Origin: Oscillospiraceae bacterium
GTDB taxonomy: Bacteria > Bacillota > Clostridia > Oscillospirales > Acutalibacteraceae
Assembly: GCA_015066205.1 (NCBI GenBank)
Contig: SVOV01000002.1
Span: 1 to 32,000 of the forward strand
Direction: 5' to 3'
DNA length: 32,000 nt
Under the pieces are notes generated by a model that saw only the letters and a list, made by a program, of their open reading frames with translations, had not been told where the DNA came from and ran no database searches. Position 1 is the first letter of the stretch. Every line of letters begins with the position of its first letter. The translations under genes and the position numbers were made by a program. Below are positions 24,893-32,000 of this stretch, one piece after another.

Positions 24893-25417
24893 GTGTCTGA
24901 TATGCTGAAAATATGGGACGAGTGCCGTGACAGTATATATAAGCTTTGCAAAATCAAGCTCAGTTCATTCCCCGACACTTGGGAAGAGGTAGTGTCCGAT
25001 GTATATTCCGCTTTTTCGGATGCCGTAAAAAAAGGCACCGAAATAAGCTTCCCTAAAGCCTGGATATATAAAACGGCAAATAATATCATAGCGCAGAAAT
25101 ATAAGGAGCTTTCGGACAGAAGAAACTTTTTCACCGATATTGATGCTTTTTCCGACGCAAAAATTATAATACCGTTCACTCCCGATTATACGGACAGGCT
25201 GTATTCGGATGAAGAAATAGAAAGAATTGCAGATAATATCCTTTCGGAATGTACCGAAGAGGAACAGCTTCTTCTCCGCCTTTTCTACAAAGAAAAAAAG
25301 AGCTATAAGGAAATAGCTCTGGTGCTGAACAAGGCCGAAAACACCGTCAGGCAGCAGAATTTCAGGCTGACAAGACGCATAAAGAAGCGGATATTTGAAG
25401 AATTTGACTGTACTTAA
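24893..25417 (+). CDS. Sigma-70-family RNA polymerase sigma factor (small, group 4/ECF-like size)
   Basis: Region 2-like segment FPKAWIYKTANNIIAQKYKE. Region 4 HTH segment SYKEIALVLNKAENTVRQQNFRLTRRIKK. GTG start 7 nt after GGAGA. Confidence 0.75.
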   Translation: MSDMLKIWDECRDSIYKLCKIKLSSFPDTWEEVVSDVYSAFSDAVKKGTEISFPKAWIYKTANNIIAQKYKELSDRRNFFTDIDAFSDAKIIIPFTPDYTDRLYSDEEIERIADNILSECTEEEQLLLRLFYKEKKSYKEIALVLNKAENTVRQQNFRLTRRIKKRIFEEFDCT

Positions 25418-25482
25418 AATTTTTTCGTGTCAGCTGTAACTTCTGACTGTTTTTTTACACTACTTATATGGGAGGCGGTAAA

Positions 25483-26238
25483 ATGAATAAGGAAATAATC
25501 CGAAATACTCTTGAAGCAGATTCCGAAGAGCTTTCAGGAGAAGATATACAGACTATCCTTGATGAGGAGCTCAATAAAAATGAAGAGGAAATGGATACCG
25601 AGCTTATTGAGCTCCTCATTGAAGCTTTAAGCCGTGAAGCCGATTCCGCTGAGGTCAGCTGTGAAATTTCTCAGGGTAATATAAAGAAAATCAAACACCG
25701 CAAAATCAAAAGGATACTTATCATTGCTGCCGTATTATCAATTATTTCGATCATAACCTTTTCTGTCGCAGCAAATATTTTCAATGTAGATGCAAAACCC
25801 GGAATTGTAAAAATTTTCGGAAATATCGTAAGCATTAACCTTGAAGCTCTCGAGAACAAGGAAATAGAAAGCAATAATTATGAAGAATTCAAAGGAACAT
25901 ATTTTTTCCCCATTTTCAGAAGTGATACTTGTGTTCTGGAAGAAAAAGAACACTCGGGCGAATCTGTCCGCTGGATCGAATTTTATTTTAAGGATTCAGG
26001 TATTTCAGGAAACATAATTATCGACCAAAACAGCCTTTACGGTTTTGTATCCGACAGATGTGACTTTATCACAAGGGTTGAACAGATAAAGCAAACCGAA
26101 ATTGACGGAGTCGATACACTCATAATTTCAACAGTTTCTATGGGAAGCGAAATTATCTATGTTGCAAATAATGACTATTACCACATACACTTCCCCGATC
26201 TGACATTTGAAGAGACCCTCAACTTACTCAAAAAATAA
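25483..26238 (+). CDS. Single-pass membrane protein, putative anti-sigma factor
   Basis: ATG 25483 follows GGAGG. It has an acidic cytoplasmic N-terminus, one TM helix (ILIIAAVLSIISIITFSVAANIF) and an extracytoplasmic domain. The anti-sigma role is inferred from its position directly after the sigma gene only. Confidence 0.45.
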   Translation: MNKEIIRNTLEADSEELSGEDIQTILDEELNKNEEEMDTELIELLIEALSREADSAEVSCEISQGNIKKIKHRKIKRILIIAAVLSIISIITFSVAANIFNVDAKPGIVKIFGNIVSINLEALENKEIESNNYEEFKGTYFFPIFRSDTCVLEEKEHSGESVRWIEFYFKDSGISGNIIIDQNSLYGFVSDRCDFITRVEQIKQTEIDGVDTLIISTVSMGSEIIYVANNDYYHIHFPDLTFEETLNLLKK

Positions 26239-26258
26239 ATAAGGAGATATAAAAAATT

Positions 26259-26338
26259 AAGACAGGGGTCGGTTCTCTGTGTCTTATGTGGATAGTTGAG
26301 TGAAACAAGGAATAAGACATAGAACCATCCCCTGTCCT
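26259..26338. repeat. Palindromic copy of the GGGGACGGTTCT-motif element
   Basis: Forward arm AAGACAGGGGTCGGTTCT (26259-26276) plus GTGTCTTAT. Reverse arm ATAAGACAT plus AGAACCATCCCCTGTC (26321-26336). It begins 21 nt after the stop of the 25483 ORF. Confidence 0.8.
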
Positions 26339-26406
26339 ACTACTATAAACATATGGGCATAGACTTTTATATGGGTGTTTAATAAAGCAGGCATATAGGA
26401 GGTTTT

Positions 26407-26661
26407 ATGATGTATAAAATTGTTTTATTATTTTTGATAGGCGAAGTTTTTAATTTTGTCAGGTATTTTTTTTCAAAATATGCAGATTTAGCTGTATATA
26501 GTATTCCATTTTCATTGTTGCAAGGAACATTTTTGACAGCTGCAGAATTCTTATTAATAACAAAATTTGCCAAAAATCTAAAAAGAAAAAAACTCTTACT
26601 TTTACTTTTGTGCTTGAAAAGCTTTGTTTTCTTTTCATTTTATTGTTTTGTTGTGTTATGA
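26407..26661 (+). CDS. Small hydrophobic membrane protein (84 aa)
   Basis: Strong RBS AGGAGG 4 nt upstream of the ATG. Multiple hydrophobic segments. Confidence 0.6.
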   Translation: MMYKIVLLFLIGEVFNFVRYFFSKYADLAVYSIPFSLLQGTFLTAAEFLLITKFAKNLKRKKLLLLLLCLKSFVFFSFYCFVVL

Positions 26662-26730
26662 ATCGATATAGACGGCAAAAAAATGAAAACCAAATGGTTA
26701 TTCGAAATTTTTAAAACAACGACGGGAAAT

Positions 26731-26748
26731 TAAGACAGGGGACGGTTC
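26731..26748 (+). repeat. Solo forward copy of the motif (AAGACAGGGGACGGTTCT)
   Basis: Direct reading. It lies 70 nt after the stop of the 26407 ORF. A possible TTGACA-17-TATTAC promoter follows at 26758-26786. Confidence 0.8.
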
Positions 26749-26835
26749 TACAGGAGTTTTGACATATTTTATATCTGATTATATTACTAAATCTTTGTCA
26801 GATAATATGGTTTATAAATAAGGAGTTGTAGATTT

Positions 26836-27333
26836 ATGCATAAAATAAAAAAGTCATATCTACTTGCAATAAATATTTTAATTATCGGTTTTTTTCTTTT
26901 GCTTGTATGGGCATTATTGGAAACAGAACTGCTGGATGGCAGATTCAGAAGCAGATTTATAGGCGTCAGTCTTGGAATAATTATCTTTTGCGTTACGGCG
27001 GATTATAAGAACAGAAGCCGAAAATATGTAAAATTTAATGATAAACATGTACGGATCAATGCATATCATAAGAAAACCATAACTAAGGTGCAAGATATTG
27101 ACATCCTGTATGAAGATATCAGAGCACTGAAAGTAAAGAAAAACCCTGTATTTGGAGTAACAGCATTATTAATTGATGCAGATAATTACGGTAATAATAT
27201 AAAAATAATCCGAGCATACAAAAGCTTTGCTGATATGTGTGAAACTTTTTATCTTAAAACAAAAGCATTTGCTCCCGATGCTAAAATTTCTTCTGATTAT
27301 ATTGATTATCTGAAAAGGAAAAACAAATTATGA
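26836..27333 (+). CDS. Membrane protein (165 aa): two N-terminal TM helices plus a small soluble domain
   Basis: RBS AAGGAG. The hydrophobic N-terminus reads LLAINILIIGFFLLLVWALL. Confidence 0.65.
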   Translation: MHKIKKSYLLAINILIIGFFLLLVWALLETELLDGRFRSRFIGVSLGIIIFCVTADYKNRSRKYVKFNDKHVRINAYHKKTITKVQDIDILYEDIRALKVKKNPVFGVTALLIDADNYGNNIKIIRAYKSFADMCETFYLKTKAFAPDAKISSDYIDYLKRKNKL

Positions 27334-27482
27334 AAAAGGAAACTAAAAGAAAAATCGGTATAATTTCAGGCACTGCAATTCTCTATCTTATTTATCTTTT
27401 TAGCCCGATTGAAAAAATGGATTTTATTCCTCCTATGCTACTGATTCTTATGTTTTTATCTCTTGGAATGGCAAACAGGTAA
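27330..27482 (+). CDS. Small membrane protein (50 aa), translationally coupled (ATGA overlap)
   Basis: Not in the ORF track because it is under 60 aa. It reads MKKETKRKIGIISGTAILYLIYLFSPIEKMDFIPPMLLILMFLSLGMANR. The ATG overlaps the upstream TGA. Confidence 0.45.
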   Translation: MKKETKRKIGIISGTAILYLIYLFSPIEKMDFIPPMLLILMFLSLGMANR

Positions 27483-27484
27483 CC

Positions 27485-27546
27485 AATCAGGGGGGCGGCT
27501 TGTTTAAGAAAACTGCCGATCACAGAACCGTCCCCTGATTTTTTCT
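27485..27546. repeat. Palindromic copy of the motif element with T-run (terminator-like)
   Basis: AATCAGGGGGGCGGCT (27485-27500) ... AGAACCGTCCCCTGATT (27524-27540), followed by TTTTTC. It starts 3 nt after the stop of the 50-aa ORF. Confidence 0.85.
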
Positions 27547-27571
27547 TTATTAAAATTATGGAGTGGTAGAT

Positions 27572-28303
27572 ATGCGACGAAAACAAATTTATTTGTTTCT
27601 GTTATTTGTATTTTTGATTGTTGTTTCTATAAGCACAATAGAGGTGAATGCAATGCATACAGGTTTCGAAATAACTGAATTGCCAAGCGAAGAAAAGGAA
27701 TTATTTATTTCCAATATCAATGTATTATCAATAGATGAGGAGCCGGCAAAAAAAACTATCAAATGTTTTGACGTAAATGGTGACCAGTTAATAGCAATTG
27801 GACAAAACACATCAAACAGAAAAACAATATGTGTATATTCAAATAAAGGTGTTTTTCAATATGGATACACTTTTAATTGTACTGGTGATTTTGGGGTTGA
27901 ATGGGATGGAAAAAATTTGAACATTTATTTTGTTCGCAGTAGTGTTATTGTTTCGGTAAACCCAAAAGGTGAAGTGCTGGGTGCTTTTGAGGTAGAAAAT
28001 ACAATTGACAATAATTCGTACATAAATCATTTCTTTCAAACCACCAAAAGAACAATAGGCAAAGATGAATATTTGATTGGGAATAATATGGGACTATTGA
28101 ACTTCTTTGCCACATCATATTCACAGATAATTGTGAAAGACAGCACTGGTTTCGAAAAAGTCATCTATGATGTTGGTTCAATGTATCTCACAAAAATGAT
28201 AGTAACCATCAGTCTTGTTTGTGTCTTTGTCTTAATTACCATAGCAGTTGTTTTTTGGCAATTTATTAAGTTGAGGCGCAGCAATCAGGGGACGGTTCTA
28301 TGA
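27572..28303 (+). CDS. Secreted/membrane-anchored protein (243 aa): N-terminal signal/TM and C-terminal TM helix
   Basis: ATG 27572 lies 8 nt after GGAG. The C-terminal TM reads MIVTISLVCVFVLITIAVVFW. The last 7 codons are supplied by the repeat motif. Confidence 0.65.
   Translation: MRRKQIYLFLLFVFLIVVSISTIEVNAMHTGFEITELPSEEKELFISNINVLSIDEEPAKKTIKCFDVNGDQLIAIGQNTSNRKTICVYSNKGVFQYGYTFNCTGDFGVEWDGKNLNIYFVRSSVIVSVNPKGEVLGAFEVENTIDNNSYINHFFQTTKRTIGKDEYLIGNNMGLLNFFATSYSQIIVKDSTGFEKVIYDVGSMYLTKMIVTISLVCVFVLITIAVVFWQFIKLRRSNQGTVL
28283..28299 (+). repeat. Forward copy AATCAGGGGACGGTTCT overlapping the 3' end of the 27572 ORF
   Basis: Direct reading. It is read in-frame as NQGTVL before the stop codon. 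Confidence 0.9.
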
Positions 28304-28331
28304 TTGAGCCCTAATCCTCTTGAAATCAAAA

Positions 28332-28414
28332 ACTCAGAGGGCGGTTTGTTTAATAAAACTGCCGATCACAGAACCGTCCCCTGATTTTTTCCAGAACCGT
28401 CCCCTGATTTTTTC
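28332..28414. repeat. Reverse-arm module plus a perfect tandem duplication of a 23-mer
   Basis: ACTCAGAGGGCGGTTTGTTTAATAAAACTGCCGATCA parallels 27485-27522. CAGAACCGTCCCCTGATTTTTTC occurs twice in tandem (28369-28391 and 28392-28414). Confidence 0.9.
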
Positions 28415-28442
28415 TAGCTATAGCTATTTTTGAGGTGATTGG

Positions 28443-29357
28443 ATGGGAATAACAAAAAAATTATTTATTTTGATTCTATTATTAATATTTTTATCAAATT
28501 CTGGGTGTATCTTAACAAATAATGCCATAGAGAAAGAAATTGATGCTTTGGAAATTGAATCAAATACTCCTTTGGGCTATCTTTACCACAGCAAGTTTTT
28601 CTACCTTGATGAAGTATTGGATTTTGATGAGCTGTTAAAAAATGAAAAGATCAAAGCTTCTTTTGAAGATGTATTTTGTGTCACTGACAACAATATTTGG
28701 TTTTTATATTCAACAGAAATTACCGGAATTGGTGAGAAATGGCATTTGGCAACTGTAACAATGACCGGTAAGGATTTTTGTTTGCGATATGAATCTATAT
28801 TCTGTTCCTCAGATGATTCTGACACTTCATACAGAAAATCATTAGAATCTATAGATTATTCAGAAATGAACGGTTTTTATGTTAATGATAAAATCATTTT
28901 AACAGACAAAAATAAACTCGTTGAGATAAATGTTCTATCAAATGAAATAATAGAATACTCTTACAAGAATTACAAATTTCTTGAATCAACTGTTTATATT
29001 GACATTCAACCCCAACAGCTCGTTTTTCACGGAAAAGAGAAGAAAAGAATTATTGATTTCACAGAAGCATCAAAAATGAGTAAAGTTTTCGACCAAATCG
29101 CACAGTTTTCAAAGTATAAAATATACGACGGAACTTATTCTATGGATTCATTTTTTGACAAGGTACAGTTTTGTAATGGCAAATATTATATCTATGGACG
29201 CATTCTTAATTGGCATGGCGAAACACATATGGTAATATTTGAATACGATTTTTATAATGATTGTCTAAGTTATATTTTAAACTTAAAAACTTACGATGTT
29301 GCATCACATTGTCTGTTTATTGTTCCGATCAATCAGATGACAGTCAGAAATCACTGA
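28443..29357 (+). CDS. Putative lipoprotein (304 aa)
   Basis: RBS GAGGTGA. The signal peptide has a lipobox-like LSNSGC. This is the only ORF of the array without the motif at its 3' end. Confidence 0.65.
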   Translation: MGITKKLFILILLLIFLSNSGCILTNNAIEKEIDALEIESNTPLGYLYHSKFFYLDEVLDFDELLKNEKIKASFEDVFCVTDNNIWFLYSTEITGIGEKWHLATVTMTGKDFCLRYESIFCSSDDSDTSYRKSLESIDYSEMNGFYVNDKIILTDKNKLVEINVLSNEIIEYSYKNYKFLESTVYIDIQPQQLVFHGKEKKRIIDFTEASKMSKVFDQIAQFSKYKIYDGTYSMDSFFDKVQFCNGKYYIYGRILNWHGETHMVIFEYDFYNDCLSYILNLKTYDVASHCLFIVPINQMTVRNH

Positions 29358-29396
29358 AAAAATCTGATTAAATGAAAAAAAGAGGGTGGTGGAATA

Positions 29397-30068
29397 ATGC
29401 TTAACACACAAAGAAAACTAATGCAAAATTTTGTGCTATGGAATGTTATTACCGGATTATTTCTTTTCCCGATAGGAATAGGATTTTCTGTTTCATTTGT
29501 TGTCATTTTCACTGTTGGTTCCTTCATTTTTGAGGGGAGTATTAATTCCGTTTTTATTCCCATCTGCATGTGCGTTGTCTTTATTGCTCTGCGTATATTA
29601 CTGTATTCAAATAAACTTTACGAAAAGAAAATTGTAAGAGTTTTTATAAAAGTATATTTGATAATTGATTATCTGTTTTGTCATATAGCGTTTATTGGAT
29701 ATTGTATTAATGATTATTTTGAAATATTCAGAAATTCGTCATTTGACAGATCAACAAAAATAATTCTCTTGATATGCTATATTTTTTCTTCGTTAATGCT
29801 TATAGTATTCGCAATCTTAGTCTATCTTTTTTACAGAAAGACTTCAGATGAGCAAAAATGTGTTATTATCAAAAAAATCTATAAAACATATTTCTTTCTT
29901 ATCCCCATATTTGTTTTAATTTTCTTTTTAACATCACATTTATCTTTTTATTCTGTTCTTGGTGCATTAGAAAGTATGATTTGGGGATTTACAGTATATA
30001 TGACAGAAATTCAAAGCCACTCAAACCAATTAGTCAACCAATCAGGGGACGGTTCTGCACCAATTTAA
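29397..30068 (+). CDS. Polytopic membrane protein (223 aa)
   Basis: RBS GAGGGTGG. About 6 hydrophobic helices. The last 10 codons (NQSGDGSAPI) are supplied by the repeat motif. Confidence 0.65.
   Translation: MLNTQRKLMQNFVLWNVITGLFLFPIGIGFSVSFVVIFTVGSFIFEGSINSVFIPICMCVVFIALRILLYSNKLYEKKIVRVFIKVYLIIDYLFCHIAFIGYCINDYFEIFRNSSFDRSTKIILLICYIFSSLMLIVFAILVYLFYRKTSDEQKCVIIKKIYKTYFFLIPIFVLIFFLTSHLSFYSVLGALESMIWGFTVYMTEIQSHSNQLVNQSGDGSAPI
30040..30056 (+). repeat. Solo forward copy AATCAGGGGACGGTTCT overlapping the 3' end of the 29397 ORF
   Basis: Direct reading. The extended match AACCAATCAGGGG is shared with 27481-27493. Confidence 0.9.
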
Positions 30069-30098
30069 GTTATATTCCTTAGAATGAGGTAAACTTAT

Positions 30099-30695
30099 AT
30101 GTTTATATTTATAAGACTGATTGTCTGCATTGTATTTTTTCTATGCTCAGCTGCAGTAATTAAAAGACTAAAAAAAGCAAACAAACGAAAACTGTATATA
30201 ATACTTACGGCTATATCAATAATTCTTTATGTTCTGTTAAGCTTTTTTACTTTTGAGAACTTGTTTTTTACTTTCGACTCGCCCGAATCTGCATACAGAT
30301 ACTTTATTCCCGGAAAAGCTGATATTGAACTTGTTGTTGACGGAGAGAATTGTGATTTGATCGTGGATCATAAAGGAGATTCCGACACACTGTTAATTTT
30401 ACCGAAAACCGAACACGGATGGAAAATAGGAACAGGCTCAGATATTATAACAGTAACCCAAAAACTTTTTGACGGAATTTCAGTAAATGTTTATAAAAAC
30501 AAAAACTCAAATGACCATTTTATAACTGTTCTTGATACAAACGAAGAAAAATCAAAAATCTCCGACAGCTACAATACTGAATTTCACTCAATAGAAAACT
30601 TAAGCAAAAACCATATTACTTACTATGCATACCTTATTGATTTCAACACTGAGTATTATTTGAAGATAAACGGTAAGTTAGTAACATTCAATTAA
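30099..30695 (+). CDS. Membrane-anchored protein (198 aa): two N-terminal TM helices plus a soluble domain
   Basis: RBS TGAGGT upstream of the ATG. Hydrophobic N-terminus. Confidence 0.65.
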   Translation: MFIFIRLIVCIVFFLCSAAVIKRLKKANKRKLYIILTAISIILYVLLSFFTFENLFFTFDSPESAYRYFIPGKADIELVVDGENCDLIVDHKGDSDTLLILPKTEHGWKIGTGSDIITVTQKLFDGISVNVYKNKNSNDHFITVLDTNEEKSKISDSYNTEFHSIENLSKNHITYYAYLIDFNTEYYLKINGKLVTFN

Positions 30696-30704
30696 GCCGA
30701 TAAC

Positions 30705-30721
30705 AAGACAGGGTGCTTTCT
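30705..30721 (+). repeat. Degenerate forward copy (AAGACAGGGTGCTTTCT)
   Basis: It starts 10 nt after the stop of the 30099 ORF and matches the AAGACAGGG...TTCT frame of the 26731 copy. Confidence 0.5.
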
Positions 30722-30753
30722 CATCACTGTTCGGAAAATAGGAGGAAATTTTA

Positions 30754-31278
30754 ATGACAGAACAGGCGTTAGTCCGGACACTTACATTTATATCAGTATT
30801 CATAATTGTAATTATTTTAGCAACATGTATTTTTAACTCTAATTATCGGAGTATTATCGGTAATCTTACTAAAAATCACATTGTTCTTCGTTTGCCTAAA
30901 CAGTATATGTGGGTGGGGTGCTTTGGGACTATTGTAATTATGATGTGGTTGATTATAATGAGTTGCTACCCCAATGATACAACTACTGTGTGGGTTTATC
31001 TTTTATTTATTATGTTTATGTCCGCCGGGTTAGTGCTTATTATTGCATATCGTCGTTGGCGCATTGTATTTTTCCGTGATCAAGATACTTTTATTTATTG
31101 TTCCATACTTGGCAAAGTATATAAATTTTCATTCAGCGAATGCCAATCATGTCAATGGAAAAATAATCATATACGATTGGTTGTATCAAAAAAAACAATT
31201 TATATTGATGCAATGGTGACAAACCTTGATTTTTTCTTGTCAAAACTCTCAAAATTTGTAGTAATAGAAGGGCTTTGA
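30754..31278 (+). CDS. Membrane protein (174 aa): three TM helices plus a small C-terminal domain
   Basis: RBS AGGAGG. The stop codon overlaps a GACAGGGG motif copy. Confidence 0.65.
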   Translation: MTEQALVRTLTFISVFIIVIILATCIFNSNYRSIIGNLTKNHIVLRLPKQYMWVGCFGTIVIMMWLIIMSCYPNDTTTVWVYLLFIMFMSAGLVLIIAYRRWRIVFFRDQDTFIYCSILGKVYKFSFSECQSCQWKNNHIRLVVSKKTIYIDAMVTNLDFFLSKLSKFVVIEGL

Positions 31279-31303
31279 CAGGGGAACAAACGACAGGGGG
31301 TAC
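31275..31303 (+). repeat. Two degenerate forward half-copies (TTGACAGGGGAAC, CGACAGGGGGTAC)
   Basis: Direct reading. The first overlaps the TGA of the 30754 ORF. Confidence 0.45.
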
Positions 31304-31311
31304 TCATTAGT

Positions 31312-32000
31312 ATGAGAAAATGGCTGCGTAAAAGTTTGTTTGTACTGAATTTGGTATTATATATTATCACCGTGATTTGTTGTATATTAGGCACAGTTGC
31401 AGATATTATACAGCCAATTAATTTAGTGCGGCTATTTGAATATTTACATATCAATTTGTCATATACCGATTTTATAATAGTGGGTTGGGCGTGTGCATTT
31501 CTTGCTATAGCTTTACATTTTTTGCGGAATCTGTATGTTTTTCAAGGAGGTTCTATGAAAAAGAAAAATGTATGTACAACTGACAGATATGTATTGGCTG
31601 ACGATGAGCTTATTGCAATTCGCTGCTTTACGCCGTTTACCTTAGTTGGTTTTTCCGTGTATACAATTATTTTACTTATATGGGCTTTCCGAGAGAAAAA
31701 CGATATTGTGTGTTGGTTGTTTGCAGGCGGATTTTTATTAGTTCTGTTTATTTTGTGCTATAATACATTCCGTTATCTTAAATATTATTTTATGCAGTTT
31801 TGTATTTGTGACTATAAAATCTCTAATTCTGTCCGGTCGCACCCCGAAGTTTCATTAAAACTGTTCGATCAATTATTTTTTACAACAGCAGCTGTTGAAT
31901 TCACATTTGGCAGAGTTGAGAGAACAAAAACATTCTATTTGTTTTCTGAAAAAAAAGTTCAAATAGACGATATTGACGGTTCCGGATTTAATGTTCTTAT
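31312..32000 (+). CDS. Membrane protein, partial (open to the window end). An alternative internal start exists at 31555.
   Basis: This frame stays open from ATG 31312 to nt 32000 and is absent from the ORF track because it has no stop. A much stronger RBS (AGGAGG) precedes the in-frame ATG at 31555. Hydrophobic helices occur in both parts. Confidence 0.5.
   Translation, partial: MRKWLRKSLFVLNLVLYIITVICCILGTVADIIQPINLVRLFEYLHINLSYTDFIIVGWACAFLAIALHFLRNLYVFQGGSMKKKNVCTTDRYVLADDELIAIRCFTPFTLVGFSVYTIILLIWAFREKNDIVCWLFAGGFLLVLFILCYNTFRYLKYYFMQFCICDYKISNSVRSHPEVSLKLFDQLFFTTAAVEFTFGRVERTKTFYLFSEKKVQIDDIDGSGFNVL

Noticed and set aside
27392-27586. 64-aa minus-strand ORF (…KKKSGDGSVIGSF…), also 26379-26573(-).
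   Set aside because: The 27392 ORF is a translation of the palindromic repeat element and of the antisense of the 50-aa ORF. Neither has an RBS.
26259-31305. CRISPR array formed by the GGGGACGGTTCT repeats.
   Set aside because: Repeat spacing is irregular (tens of nt to more than 1.6 kb). The repeats occur in both orientations, the intervals contain RBS-preceded ORFs, and no cas genes are present.
24300-32000. Classical integron (IntI / attI / attC).
   Set aside because: There is no integron integrase at the head of the array. The repeats lack the RYYYAAC/GTTRRRY core sites. At least some units seem to carry their own promoter-like sequences. Only the general cassette-like geometry is retained as a finding.
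1-32000. tRNA, rRNA, tmRNA or riboswitch genes.
   Set aside because: I recognised no cloverleaf-like or conserved rRNA segments while reading the intergenic regions. This was a visual scan only. tRNAscan-SE or Infernal should be run to confirm.

Overview
This looks like a low-GC Clostridia-type chromosomal segment. A dockerin-bearing secreted enzyme and a BspA-type LRR protein suggest a Ruminococcus-like cellulosome producer, but that is inference only.

Layout from left to right:
- A divergent acyl-CoA ligase / TetR pair.
- A ~1760-aa secreted protein combining LRR, lipase-like and Cys-rich parts.
- The decayed remnant of an integrative element (about 8435-8856).
- An intact ~9.2 kb integrative element (8857-18145) inserted into the 3' end of a GGGtGRT-family gene. 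It is bounded by ~97-nt direct repeats that differ only at synonymous positions.
- Core genes: GGGtGRT, an IscU-like protein, DUF554, and an 1187-aa double metallophosphoesterase with a dockerin.
- A small sigma-70/ECF-like factor plus a single-pass membrane protein. These head a visibly AT-richer array of at least 9 co-oriented small membrane or secreted ORFs.

The intact element carries:
- A tyrosine integrase.
- An HTH-WYL regulator.
- A tightly coupled two-gene operon: an Mrr-type (D...QxK) nuclease fused to an unassigned ~300-aa N-terminal region, plus a 61-aa protein. This is my best candidate for an undescribed defence system, and it sits at the window centre.
- A small serine recombinase behind a cI/Cro-like three-operator switch.
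- A GIY-YIG nuclease.
- A replication-like module with in-gene iterons.

In the right-hand array, almost every ORF is followed at or just after its stop codon by the 17-21-nt motif AATCAGGGGACGGTTCT or its inverse. This gives a cassette-like architecture.

I recognised no rRNA, tRNA or CRISPR array. All functional calls come from motifs read by eye in the supplied translations. No database search was run.
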